Shown in pieces: positions 50,506 to 60,420 of a DNA stretch of 64,000 nucleotides. Source of the stretch: Cyanobacteriota bacterium (lineage in GTDB: Bacteria > Cyanobacteriota > Cyanobacteriia > Thermostichales > Thermostichaceae); the NCBI GenBank assembly GCA_033764955.1, contig JANRIL010000028.1, positions 1 to 64,000 on the forward strand, written 5' to 3'. The notes under the pieces were generated by a model, which made no database searches, had not been told where the DNA came from, and worked only from the letters and a program-made list of their open reading frames with translations. Numbering within the stretch: position 1 is the first letter of the stretch; each line of letters starts with the position of its first letter. A program made the translations under genes and the position numbers.

Positions 50506-51510
50506 TTAGGATCCCTTGATAAACTGCATATCGACTAAGGCATCGTAGGAATAAGACCCTTTGTAGAGACCTGAAGCAATCGGGATCTCCATAGCATTGG
50601 TGAGCGCTTGCTCGCTGACAGTGCCATCCAAAGTCCACAGTTGGTCGGCATAGGCACGGTCAAGAGCTGCCTTGATCAACTCCGGTTTGATGCTGGTAAA
50701 TTCCTGCTGAGCAATCTCAAAGGCTGCTTCAGGATTATCGTTGACAAATTTGATTCCCTTGAGCAAAGCATCCACAAAGGCTTGAGCGGTCTCAGGATCT
50801 TGGGTGTAAGTAGACTCTTTAACGTTAATGGTGGAGTAGGCATAATCCCCCAATTCGGCCGGAAAGCTGTAGAAAGGTTCCCCCCACAGACCTTGTTGGA
50901 TCCCTTGGGTAATCTGTGGCTCGGTGGTATAGGAAATATCCCCCTGCTGGGAGAACTGAGCTAGGACTGTCCCGCTATCGGCCAGCTCTACCATCTCCAC
51001 ATCTTTGTCGGGATCCAAACCCAAAGAGGTGATGTAGTACCGAGCAAGCAAGTTAGGACTGCCACCAAACCGTCCACCCACCACCACTTTGCCTTTCATA
51101 AAGTCAGCCATCTGGGAGGGGTCTTCAGGAAGCTGGAGATCGGGCTTAGCCACCATATAAACGTTGGCTTTGTTGACCACATTGACAATAGTCTTCATGT
51201 TTTGACCCTTTTGATTAGCAAAAGCGGCACTCTCCGGCCCACCGATAAAACCCCAGGCATCATCACTAATCACCGTCGAAACATGACCTCCGCCAGCGGC
51301 TGTCAGGATTTCTACATTCAGCCCCGCTTGCCGAAAGTAGCCCTCCCGCACCGCCACATAGAGGGGCAAATAGCCTAGGTTGCGGGCAGGTTCTGAGATA
51401 GTTAAATTCTTTAGGGATTGAGCCTGTAAAGGAAGGTATGTGGAAAGCAATATCACCAAGCAAGCAGAAAGAACAGTTACGGCTAGTGACCCAAACGAAC
51501 GACGACGCAT
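50506..51510 (-). CDS. ABC transporter substrate-binding protein (SsuA/THI5/NMT1-like)
   Basis: Signal peptide MRRRSF..., YLPLYVA..GYF..GL.VE; ATG 51510. Confidence 0.88.
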   Translation of the reverse strand: MRRRSFGSLAVTVLSACLVILLSTYLPLQAQSLKNLTISEPARNLGYLPLYVAVREGYFRQAGLNVEILTAAGGGHVSTVISDDAWGFIGGPESAAFANQKGQNMKTIVNVVNKANVYMVAKPDLQLPEDPSQMADFMKGKVVVGGRFGGSPNLLARYYITSLGLDPDKDVEMVELADSGTVLAQFSQQGDISYTTEPQITQGIQQGLWGEPFYSFPAELGDYAYSTINVKESTYTQDPETAQAFVDALLKGIKFVNDNPEAAFEIAQQEFTSIKPELIKAALDRAYADQLWTLDGTVSEQALTNAMEIPIASGLYKGSYSYDALVDMQFIKGS

Positions 51511-51629
51511 AAAGCTCTCCTTGTAAATTAAGGGGAATAAAGGAATGAAAGTAGCAAATGTCTTAGTTGGATTAACTGGGCTACTGCCACCAAGTCTTAA
51601 AAAGGGGCAATGTTTCAAAACCCTTCCAA

Positions 51630-52481
51630 TCAACGGGTAGAGGCTCCCACCCCAGCTTGGAGGCGAGCTTCGATCACCGCCACAAACCAGTACATCAACA
51701 TCGCCATGATGCAGAGGGTAAACACAGCCACCCAAATAGATTCCATATCGAAAAGCATGGAGGCATTAACGATCATGCGACCTAGCCCACGACGAGAGGA
51801 GATGTATTCCCCGACAATAGCGCCCGTCAAGGCCAGACCAATATTGATGCGAAGGGAGGAGAAAATCCAAGGCATGCTCCAGGGCACAACCACCTTGGAA
51901 AAGACCTGCCAACGATTTGCTCCCAGGGAATAAAGCATCTTTTGCAGATCTTGATCCACGCTTTTCACCCCCCCATAGGCCGCAATGGCTGTCACAGTAA
52001 CGGTCAGCATGATGGCGATGGCCACCTTGGAGAGTAATCCGATCCCCAAAGCCAGGATCAAAATGGGAGCGAGGGCAATCTTGGGGAGAGCTTGCAGGGT
52101 AACCAAGTACGGCTCAACAACTTTGGCGTAGGCATGAGACCACCAAAAAGAAAGTCCAATTGCCCCTCCCAAGCAAGTACCCAAAATGAAACCCAAGATG
52201 GTAGCTTGAGAGGTAAAAAGAATATCTCCAGCTAACTCTCCTGTCACCAGGAATGTCCATGTCCGAAGAGCTATGGTAGAAGGCATTGACCAAAAGAAGG
52301 GATCCAAAATACCTAGGCGCGCTAGGATTTCCCAACTAGCGATCAAGAAGACGACCACGGTAAGCTGCATCGCCTGAATAACAGCCGGAGGAGCGACAGT
52401 TACATCAGAGATCGCACGCCGCCGCGAGGACGACTTAAGGTGTGAGCCGGCCAAGGGTAAGGAAATCGTGGCATCTTTCAT
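51630..52481 (-). CDS. ABC transporter permease (NitT/TauT family)
   Basis: LPKIALAP, EAA-like loop (SLGANRWQVF.KV..P), GAIVGEY...GLG. Confidence 0.92.
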   Translation of the reverse strand: MKDATISLPLAGSHLKSSSRRRAISDVTVAPPAVIQAMQLTVVVFLIASWEILARLGILDPFFWSMPSTIALRTWTFLVTGELAGDILFTSQATILGFILGTCLGGAIGLSFWWSHAYAKVVEPYLVTLQALPKIALAPILILALGIGLLSKVAIAIMLTVTVTAIAAYGGVKSVDQDLQKMLYSLGANRWQVFSKVVVPWSMPWIFSSLRINIGLALTGAIVGEYISSRRGLGRMIVNASMLFDMESIWVAVFTLCIMAMLMYWFVAVIEARLQAGVGASTR

Positions 52482-52541
52482 GACATTACTCGTGACAGAT
52501 CATTTATTGGGGAGTGCAGGACAAATCATTCGTTAAGGGAG

Positions 52542-53348
52542 TTAGGCTGAGGCTGTCATCATGGCAGGTTGAATATCCTCGGTATCAGGAGATTCTTCAG
52601 CTAATAAATCAAGCAAATAGCCTTTTAGGCGGACAAACTCTCGATCGGTAAAGACATGACGATCACGGGGACGAGGCAGAGCAACCTCCAGTACCGTTTT
52701 CACCCGTCCTGGACGAGCCGACATCACGACGATCCGATCCGATAAGAAAATCGCCTCGTCGATGTCATGGGTGACAAACAAAATCGTCTTGTTCATCTCT
52801 TGCCAAACCCGTAGTAACCAAGCCTGCATAGTCACCCGTGTCTGAGCATCCAACGCCCCAAATGGCTCATCCAACAACACGACATCCCGGTCGTAGAGGA
52901 GGGTACGGATCAGGGCAGCCCGTTGCCGCATTCCCCCCGATAGTTGAGTCGGACGACAGTGGGCAAAGTCCCCCAACCCATAGCGCTGCATTAAATCCAT
53001 TGCCTTGGGAACCGACTGGGATTTCGGGATCCCGCTCACTTCCATGCCCAAGATGACGTTCCCTAAAATTGACCGCCAAGGCAGGAGGAGATCTTTTTGC
53101 AGCATGTAGCTAACAATGCCCGCCTGCGCCGTAACATCCTCACCGTCAATCAGAATCACCCCTGTGGTGGGAGAACTCAACCCAGCAATCAGGTTAAAGA
53201 GGGTGGATTTGCCACAACCACTAGGGCCAATGATGCTAGTGAAACGCCCTTCTGGGAATTCCAAAGTGGTAGGAGTAAGAGCCTGCACAATACCCCCCTG
53301 AGCTACCACAAAGGTTTTGGATAAATCTCGGATTTCTAGCATGGGCAT
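52542..53348 (-). CDS. ABC transporter ATP-binding protein (NitT/TauT family)
   Basis: GPSGCGKST, LSGGMRQR, LLDEPFGALD, VTHD. Confidence 0.95.
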   Translation of the reverse strand: MPMLEIRDLSKTFVVAQGGIVQALTPTTLEFPEGRFTSIIGPSGCGKSTLFNLIAGLSSPTTGVILIDGEDVTAQAGIVSYMLQKDLLLPWRSILGNVILGMEVSGIPKSQSVPKAMDLMQRYGLGDFAHCRPTQLSGGMRQRAALIRTLLYDRDVVLLDEPFGALDAQTRVTMQAWLLRVWQEMNKTILFVTHDIDEAIFLSDRIVVMSARPGRVKTVLEVALPRPRDRHVFTDREFVRLKGYLLDLLAEESPDTEDIQPAMMTASA

Positions 53349-53397
53349 TTTTTACTTAATCATGGATTTAGTTGTAGCGGCCTCAGCTCTAAAATAA

Positions 53398-53413
53398 TGT
53401 AAATTAAGATACA
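53398..53413. promoter_or_regulatory. NtcA-binding site upstream of the ABC operon
   Basis: TGTA-AATTAAGA-TACA matches GTA-N8-TAC. Confidence 0.65.
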
Positions 53414-53446
53414 AAATTAGATGTTTTTCTTTTATTTTTCTTTGAT

Positions 53447-53462
53447 ATGACTTAGCGGTCAT
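53447..53462. promoter_or_regulatory. Palindromic operator 1 (candidate TetR site)
   Basis: ATGAC-TTAGCG-GTCAT; motif repeated at 53703. Confidence 0.5.
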
Positions 53463-53620
53463 TTTGTTTTAGCGATTGATTGACGAATCGTTTTAGCAAT
53501 TTTCGCTACTTAGCTATCCCAGGCTCTTTCCCTCTCGGTCTCAGTCTGGGCTGGCCAAAATCCCGAAAAATCTGGCTAAACTGTGATGAGTTTTATCAGA
53601 CATATACGTGTATTCATTAT

Positions 53621-53666
53621 GTTTTGTATCTGGAGATACAAAACGACTCATATTTGTTGATAGTCT
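53621..53666 (+). promoter_or_regulatory. NtcA-activated promoter for the asparaginase-like gene
   Basis: GTTTTGTATC-TGGA-GATACAAAAC perfect inverted repeat containing GTA-N8-TAC, then N21 and TAGTCT (TAN3T). Confidence 0.75.
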
Positions 53667-53702
53667 AACGATTGGCTTAGTTTCGAGCTTAAAATTATAA
53701 AA

Positions 53703-53718
53703 ATGACTTGCTAGTCAT
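53703..53718. promoter_or_regulatory. Palindromic operator 2 (candidate TetR site)
   Basis: ATGACT-TGCT-AGTCAT. Confidence 0.5.
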
Positions 53719-53840
53719 GGCGACTAATCGCTGAAGTTATGAGGTCTCTTGTTTTTGCAAAATAACTTGCAAGATCCATTGATGTCTTCTGTAGCAGGGA
53801 GACTATTTGCTTGTCCCATCCCTACTTGAGGTCAGCCACG

Positions 53841-55532
53841 ATGAAACCCAAAATTGCCATTTTTTCTGGCCCAACAGCTACGATCCATAACAGTGAGCCG
53901 CTAGTAACCAGCAATAAAGCCCGTGCCCACTACGGATTACCCCTGTTGCGGGATGAGGACGGAGATCCTTTGCGTTTTGATGTCTTACGTCCTCAACGCT
54001 TGGCCGCTCCGGTAAAAGTTTATATTGAGCAGTTCAGTGCTCACCCGCTAGAGCAGGATGCCTGTGAATTGTATGCACCTCCCGATGGGTATTTGGATGG
54101 CAGTGGTATATTTCACCGTCAGCCACAATCTCCGCAGGATAAGCCTGTTTATGAGGTGATTCTCCAGCCTGAAGACGGCTTATATCCTTTGCCGTATATG
54201 GCTCGTCAGGCAAATGGCTCAGCTTGGGAGGATGACTGTGCTTATGCTGGCGCGCCACCCGAACATAGCCGCCAGCCTTTTTATCCCGACGCCTCACGGA
54301 TTGTCGAAGAAATCGACCGACTGGGTTATGGCCACGCAGGCATTGGCAGCTTACTCTCCTCGCGGGCGCGCTTTGCTTACTACCGAGCGGCTCCCCCTGG
54401 AGGCTATAAAAAAGGCTTACCTGCCCAGCAACGCACGGATGTAGGGACAGGAGATATTCTGCCGGAGCGGATGGGGCAGGATTTTTTCCCCTATCGCCCC
54501 CGTCACCTTGCTCAAGAGCCTTCGTTAGCAACCTTGGCTCATCTAACCAATGTGGTGGCCGAAGCGATGGCCGATCCTGAGTGCGCCGGCGGAATCTGGC
54601 TAGAGGGATCCCCTTCTACGGAGGAAACCACCTATTGGCTGAATCTGTTGATCGATACAACCCTGCCGATTGTTGGTAATGCTTCCCAACGTCCCCACGG
54701 GGCGGTGAGTAATGATGGGGATCGCAATATCATCGACTCGGTAACCTATATCCTCTCGAAAATCTGGGCGGATGAAACCGGTAAGGATCAGGTGGGTGGA
54801 GTGATGATTCAAGAAGAGCAGATCTTTGCTGCCCGTGATGTGCAGAAAGGAGATGCTCGTCCGGGGGGATATGTGGCCACTGGTGGACATGGTGGCATTA
54901 TCGGTACGATTGGCGATCCGGATCCGGCTACTCTCACCTATTTGCCCAACAAGCGCCATACCCACACTTCCCTGGTCAATCTCAGCCACATTCCTCTTTC
55001 AGTCTTGGGTACGAAGAAAGACCTGTCGGGTCAGTTGGTGCCGCTACCGATTGCGGTGAAAGATGAGGCAGGCAAGCTCTTGGCCACAGCCATTCCTAAG
55101 GTGACTCTGGCCAAATATAGTCGTTACCAGTTGGATAGCACGGATGACGACATCGCTGGAGAAGTGGAGTTGATGGCTCGTCTTGAGAAAAATTTGCAGG
55201 ATTTCCCATTAGCCGGATTTGTTGTAGAGGGCAAATCTCCCTATGGGCGAGGCAATGAGACGATGGAGGCTGTTCTGGAACAAGCAGCTCATTGCGGAAT
55301 GCCTGTCGTGAAGGTGGGGAGAGGGAATGCCGATGGCTTTGCCACATCTGGCAGTTGGTGGATTGGGGGTAGTAATTTAACCGCCACCAAGGCTCGTTTA
55401 CTGTTGATGGCCTGTTTACTCCGTTTCGGCAGTTTGCCTGTTGCTCAGAATCCAACCGCTCCCACCCCAGCCGAAACAGCGGCTCTCAAGCAAAAGGTAG
55501 CCATCTATCAGGAGATTTTCAACTCCCACTAA
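53841..55532 (+). CDS. Asparaginase/glutaminase-fold amidohydrolase, atypical
   Basis: KIAIFSGPTATI (cf. TGGTI), EGSPSTEETTYWLNL (cf. HGTDTMEETAY.L), VGNASQRP....SNDGDRNI, NLTATKARLLLM. Confidence 0.7.
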   Translation: MKPKIAIFSGPTATIHNSEPLVTSNKARAHYGLPLLRDEDGDPLRFDVLRPQRLAAPVKVYIEQFSAHPLEQDACELYAPPDGYLDGSGIFHRQPQSPQDKPVYEVILQPEDGLYPLPYMARQANGSAWEDDCAYAGAPPEHSRQPFYPDASRIVEEIDRLGYGHAGIGSLLSSRARFAYYRAAPPGGYKKGLPAQQRTDVGTGDILPERMGQDFFPYRPRHLAQEPSLATLAHLTNVVAEAMADPECAGGIWLEGSPSTEETTYWLNLLIDTTLPIVGNASQRPHGAVSNDGDRNIIDSVTYILSKIWADETGKDQVGGVMIQEEQIFAARDVQKGDARPGGYVATGGHGGIIGTIGDPDPATLTYLPNKRHTHTSLVNLSHIPLSVLGTKKDLSGQLVPLPIAVKDEAGKLLATAIPKVTLAKYSRYQLDSTDDDIAGEVELMARLEKNLQDFPLAGFVVEGKSPYGRGNETMEAVLEQAAHCGMPVVKVGRGNADGFATSGSWWIGGSNLTATKARLLLMACLLRFGSLPVAQNPTAPTPAETAALKQKVAIYQEIFNSH

Positions 55533-55594
55533 GAGTCTGCTACCACCCACCTTCACCACGGTTCTGTTGCCCAGATAACCAGGACACGGGATCC

Positions 55595-58500
55595 CTATTC
55601 GGTAACGGTTAGTGACTGGCTGCTGCTTTGCCCATACACCTGGGCGGGGTTATACATCTCTTCGGCGTGGGCAGGGGGGATGGAAAATTGACCAGGGATT
55701 TCTGGCCGGAACAGATAGACAAACTCATGGCTGCCGCGGGGCAGTTCGGTGGCAAAGAAGGTGATGCGGTTGTCTCGGATCTCTTGATGCGTCCAAAACC
55801 AGTCCCAACCATAGCGGGAGGGATCCCCACCATCGGTGAGGGTACGTGGATCTTGAGAGAGCACCTCCACGCCACTAGCCAGGGGTTCTTCCAGCATGAC
55901 GTAGTTGTGATCCTGATCGGAGGTGAGGGTGATTTTGCCCATCAGGGTTGTGCCCGCTGCCACCGTTCCAGAAAAGGGACGCTCCTCATAAAGAATGCGA
56001 CCATCCCGTTGTGGTTTGGCTTGCAAACGGAAATAGCGGCGCGTCACCGCTAATCCCTGGGACTCAGCGGGCAGGGGGGATGTAGGGGGGGTGGGTACAA
56101 AGGCTTGCAGATCCAGGCTGGCGTAGAGGGGGCCGGATCCCACCTTTTCCAGTTGCAGGGTTTGGGATCCCGCCCGTAAGAGGGGGCTATTGAGATCGCG
56201 GGGAGTGAGGCGGAGGGTTTGCCGGGGCTGTCCAGGGTTTGCCTGCCATTCGGCTAGGATGGATCCTGTCTGGAGATTTTTCAAGCGAACTTGATAGGTG
56301 GCGGGATTTTGCTGGCTGAGGGTTTGGGTATAGCGGATCAATCCCATCAGAGCATCAGCACTGGCTTTGGTGGTTTGCCACGCGGATCCCTGCCGCTGTT
56401 GCAGTAGCCAATCGGCAAGCTGGGAGGCGCGTTGATCCCGCAATAGGGTAGCCGCCTCCAGCAACGGTCCTGCCACTTCTGCCCCTGCGTAGGTGGGACG
56501 CAGCCAGAGGGGACGGATCCCTAAGACTTGGCTAGCCTGCTGAAACCAACGGTAGCCGCTATTGAGTTGGGCGCTGACCCACACCTGGTCAAAAGAGGCT
56601 TGCGCCAGTTGGCGATCTGCCAAGGCTAAAGCAGCTAGGCTGCGATAGGCTATGCCCAGAGTGGAAAGCTGATCCGTCGGGATCCCCGTCAATCGCGGCA
56701 GGCTGCCTTGCTCATAGAGGGCCAAAATATACTCCGCGAAGACTTGCATGTCGGCATCCAGAGCATTGTCTCGGTTAGGGGGGGCAGCCACCTGAGTCTG
56801 GAGATACGCTAGTCCTCGTTCCACCTGCTCAGGGATGATCGCCTCTCCGTAGCCCGCTTCGGCGGCTTGTCGATAGCCCAACAAAACATAGCTGGTCAGA
56901 TAGGGGTTACTGCGGTCATAACGCCACCAGCCCCAGCCCCCATCGGAGTTTTGGCTTTCTTGTAGACGGCGAATCCCTTGCTGCACCACCTGGGACAACC
57001 GTTCTAGTGTGGAGGACTGGAGCGTTAATCCCAGCGCCGATCTGGCCTGATCAATCGCCAATGCAGGCAAGAAGCGGCTGAGGGTTTGCTCCGTACAGCC
57101 ATAGGGATAGTCCACCAGATAGTCGAGGGATCCCAGCAAAGAGGCGAGGGGGTTGCTGGCCCAATCAATTTGCAAGACAAGGGATCCCGGCACCACGGAA
57201 TCGGGCAGGGAGAGGGAAATGGTTTGGGTTTGGGATCCTGCCAGCAGAGACCTGCTTTCATGAAAGCGCCAATCACGACCCAAGGGCTGAGCGGGGATGG
57301 TCAGTTGCACGGCATCCTGAAGTTGATCGGCTTGGGCGATCACCCGCACGGTGGTGGCTCCAGCCGCCAAAACCTGAGTCGGCCAGACAAGCCGCTGGGA
57401 TCCCTGAGGGGGCAGGCTAATGCGTTGGCTGGGAGCCGTCAAGGGTTGCAGGGTGGAGGGGGTTTCCAGTTGCACGTTCACCGTCTGCGGCTGATCCGTC
57501 TGGTTTTGCACAATCGCAGTCACGCTGAGTTGATCCCCTGTGGAGAGAAAGCGGGGAGTGGCTAATCTGACCAGTAAATCCTTGCTGACCTGTAGGGTAT
57601 GGCGGGCGGATCCCACTTGAGTGGCGGCGGTGGTGGCGCGTGCCGTCAGCCGCCAGGTGGTGAGATTGTCTGGCAACGGAACCGGAACAGTGGCTAGTCC
57701 CTGACTGTCGGTGACAATCGTGGGGAACCAAGCGGCGGTATCCCGAAAGTTTTGTCGTACCTGATTAGCTAATTTGTCCAGCCCCGCGGGATATTGCTGG
57801 GGGAAGGAGTAAGCGGTGTTGACGCGGTTATAGCGTTGTTGATAAAAGAAGCGACGAATATCAGGGGTAGGATCCTCCCGCAGGATGTAAAGGGCGCTAT
57901 CCACCACCCCCAGGCTGACCTCCGCCGGAATAGGTAGACCCTGGGCATCGCGGGTTGAGATCTGGATTTGCGCCGTCTCTCCGGGCTGATAGACCTGCCG
58001 ATCACTCGTCACCTCTACCTGCAAAAAGCGATCCAAAGGAGAGACGCGGATCACCGCTTCCCCCTGATAAATCTGCCGTTGGGATCCCAGTAGGGTAACC
58101 CCATAAAACACATTGGGTCGATAGTTCTCCAGAATGGGCAGGTCAATCTTCGCCACATTGCCCGCCAATTTTTTGACTTGTGCCTGATAAATCGTTACCC
58201 CTTCCACCGTCAACAGGGCATAGGCATCTGGCAACGGCGAGACCACCAATAGGTGGGCAGTATCCCCCACTTGATAGACCTCTCGATCGGGGATCACCTG
58301 AATGCCCTGCTGGGGGCCAGCCCAACGGAAACCGGAGGCATCCGCCTGCGTCACCCAAATGCTGGTTTGATCCTGCATCATTCCCCCTTGACTGTCCCGT
58401 GCCTCCACGATCACCCGATAGTTCCCATTGGGCAGATCGCTAGGTAAGTTGAGGCTAACGGAGCCTTCCCCACCCTCGGTGCGGAAGGGGCTGGTTAGGA

Positions 58501-60418
58501 GGGTGCGCTGTTTTTGATAGCGGTTTTGCTTGGCTTCCCACAGCCATTCTTCAATCCGTAGGTTGCCCGAACGAATAGAAACGGGTTGCTGATCATAGCC
58601 ATAGGAGCGGATCCGATAGGTGAGGGGATCCCCTGCGGCGGCCACATACTGATCTCCTTCCACAAACAGGGCAGCGGATCCCTGGGTAACCCGCAGACGA
58701 GCATCACGGCTGACACTACGGCGACTGATATCGGTGACTTCCACTTCAATTCGCAGTTGCTGAACGGGAGCGGAGCCAAAATAATCTTCCTCCGACCCCT
58801 GCCACTCAAAATCCTTCAACAGGTTAGCGAGGCGAAACCGAGCCAATCCGGTGTCGTCGGTGATGGTATCCCCCTCTAGGATCAGCGATCCATAGCCGCC
58901 ATAGTCATAGCCTCGCTCTCGATCTAACTCATTGCCAAAAAAGTCAGCGGCAGCCGAACGGGGCAAGACTTGATAGCGAAAACCCCAGTCGGGACTGCGG
59001 TAGACGGTATAGTGAACCTGAGCCTGGGCAACGGGGCCACCAAACAGATAATTGGCACGGGCACTCACCTCCACGGCGGATCCCTGTTTGACCCAACTCT
59101 GATCGGTGGTCACGCTCACATCAAATTCCGGCTTGCGATATTCCTCCACCCGCACAAACGCATAGGAAGTGGCGGCTTCCGCCTTGATGATCAATTCATA
59201 GCTACCCAGTTCCCCATCCGCTGGTAGAGCTACTTCCCCATGCACAGTTCCAAAGCGGCTCACCGTCAAGGTTTGAGGGGGTAAGGGATCCCCACGCGGC
59301 GTTGTGACCTGCACCTCAACTGTTGATCCGGCGGGCACAGGAACCAGGGATCCCTGGCCATCCAGGCGGCGGAGAATACTGCGGAAATAGACGGTTTGCC
59401 CAGGTCGATAGAGGGGGCGGTCGGTGTAGGTATAGATGGAGTATTGGTCGGTGGATCCGCCATAGTAATAACTGCTGGCTAGGGCTTCCCAGTTTTGCTC
59501 CGCTAGCCGACCATAGACCAAAAACTGGCTTTGATCCCGCCGCTGTTGAGGAATCAGGATTTGCGTGAGACCGGAAGCATCAGTGGTTGCCCGTAAGGGG
59601 GGTTGGGTTAAATCGTCCTGTCCATACACCCGCACCTCCACATTGGGGATGGGTTGTAAGGTAGCGAGGTCGACCGCCTCCACCACCATGCGATCGCTGG
59701 CCTGTTTTTGGATCAAGCCCAGATCGGTAATGGTGAAGATCAGACCAGCCGTCAGCGGTTTCTCGGTCTCCAGGTTGGCTTGGGCGCGCAGGGTATAGGA
59801 TCCCACCTCCAAATCGGGCAAATCCAGGGTAATGGCTGACCAGGCATCTTCTCCTATGGGCAGGGGTTGTTGCCAGGTGCGAATCGGCTGAGCCGTAATC
59901 CCCTCCATCAAGCCATACCCATAGGGATCCGCCAATTCCCGCAGCTCGTCACTACCCAGATAGTCCTGGATCTGGAAGCGAGCCAACTGCAACTGCACCG
60001 ACTCAATCCCTGAGGCGCGCAGATTGATTTGGGGTTCTTCCTGGCGAGTAAAGACTTGGCTGGTAAAGGAAAAGTAAAGGGCGGGGGTGAGGGCGGTTAA
60101 GGACGTGGCGGGTAACTCCAGTTGTTGCCCTTCTTTCACCCTCACCTGTTCTTGAATAACGGTGGATTCATAACCCTGGGCGGTTGCCCGCACCCGATAG
60201 GATCCCTGGGGCAGTTGGCGAATGGTAAAGCGTCCATCCTTGCCAACATGCACCCCCCGCACCACCGGACCATAGGCAATCGCCTGAATATCGGCGGCGG
60301 GTTGATCGGCAGCCAGCACCACCTGCCCACTCAGAGATCCCCTAGGAGGTTCTGCCATAATCACGGCGGATCCCAACCCCAAGAGCAGCAGCAACGCCAG
60401 CAACCATCGTCCCAGCAT
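55595..60418 (-). CDS. Bacterial alpha-2-macroglobulin family protein
   Basis: Signal peptide, ITDLG, YTDRPLYRPGQTV, VEEYRKPEF, LPDNLTTWR, thioester motif YPYGCTEQ (CTEQ 57086-57097), QNSDGGWGWW, PPAHAEEMY. Confidence 0.93.
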   Translation of the reverse strand: MLGRWLLALLLLLGLGSAVIMAEPPRGSLSGQVVLAADQPAADIQAIAYGPVVRGVHVGKDGRFTIRQLPQGSYRVRATAQGYESTVIQEQVRVKEGQQLELPATSLTALTPALYFSFTSQVFTRQEEPQINLRASGIESVQLQLARFQIQDYLGSDELRELADPYGYGLMEGITAQPIRTWQQPLPIGEDAWSAITLDLPDLEVGSYTLRAQANLETEKPLTAGLIFTITDLGLIQKQASDRMVVEAVDLATLQPIPNVEVRVYGQDDLTQPPLRATTDASGLTQILIPQQRRDQSQFLVYGRLAEQNWEALASSYYYGGSTDQYSIYTYTDRPLYRPGQTVYFRSILRRLDGQGSLVPVPAGSTVEVQVTTPRGDPLPPQTLTVSRFGTVHGEVALPADGELGSYELIIKAEAATSYAFVRVEEYRKPEFDVSVTTDQSWVKQGSAVEVSARANYLFGGPVAQAQVHYTVYRSPDWGFRYQVLPRSAAADFFGNELDRERGYDYGGYGSLILEGDTITDDTGLARFRLANLLKDFEWQGSEEDYFGSAPVQQLRIEVEVTDISRRSVSRDARLRVTQGSAALFVEGDQYVAAAGDPLTYRIRSYGYDQQPVSIRSGNLRIEEWLWEAKQNRYQKQRTLLTSPFRTEGGEGSVSLNLPSDLPNGNYRVIVEARDSQGGMMQDQTSIWVTQADASGFRWAGPQQGIQVIPDREVYQVGDTAHLLVVSPLPDAYALLTVEGVTIYQAQVKKLAGNVAKIDLPILENYRPNVFYGVTLLGSQRQIYQGEAVIRVSPLDRFLQVEVTSDRQVYQPGETAQIQISTRDAQGLPIPAEVSLGVVDSALYILREDPTPDIRRFFYQQRYNRVNTAYSFPQQYPAGLDKLANQVRQNFRDTAAWFPTIVTDSQGLATVPVPLPDNLTTWRLTARATTAATQVGSARHTLQVSKDLLVRLATPRFLSTGDQLSVTAIVQNQTDQPQTVNVQLETPSTLQPLTAPSQRISLPPQGSQRLVWPTQVLAAGATTVRVIAQADQLQDAVQLTIPAQPLGRDWRFHESRSLLAGSQTQTISLSLPDSVVPGSLVLQIDWASNPLASLLGSLDYLVDYPYGCTEQTLSRFLPALAIDQARSALGLTLQSSTLERLSQVVQQGIRRLQESQNSDGGWGWWRYDRSNPYLTSYVLLGYRQAAEAGYGEAIIPEQVERGLAYLQTQVAAPPNRDNALDADMQVFAEYILALYEQGSLPRLTGIPTDQLSTLGIAYRSLAALALADRQLAQASFDQVWVSAQLNSGYRWFQQASQVLGIRPLWLRPTYAGAEVAGPLLEAATLLRDQRASQLADWLLQQRQGSAWQTTKASADALMGLIRYTQTLSQQNPATYQVRLKNLQTGSILAEWQANPGQPRQTLRLTPRDLNSPLLRAGSQTLQLEKVGSGPLYASLDLQAFVPTPPTSPLPAESQGLAVTRRYFRLQAKPQRDGRILYEERPFSGTVAAGTTLMGKITLTSDQDHNYVMLEEPLASGVEVLSQDPRTLTDGGDPSRYGWDWFWTHQEIRDNRITFFATELPRGSHEFVYLFRPEIPGQFSIPPAHAEEMYNPAQVYGQSSSQSLTVTE

Positions 60419-60420
60419 AG

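Noticed and set aside
53349..53840. Guanidine or TPP riboswitch ahead of the NitT/TauT transporter
   Set aside because: No aptamer consensus recognised; region is better explained by NtcA and operator sites
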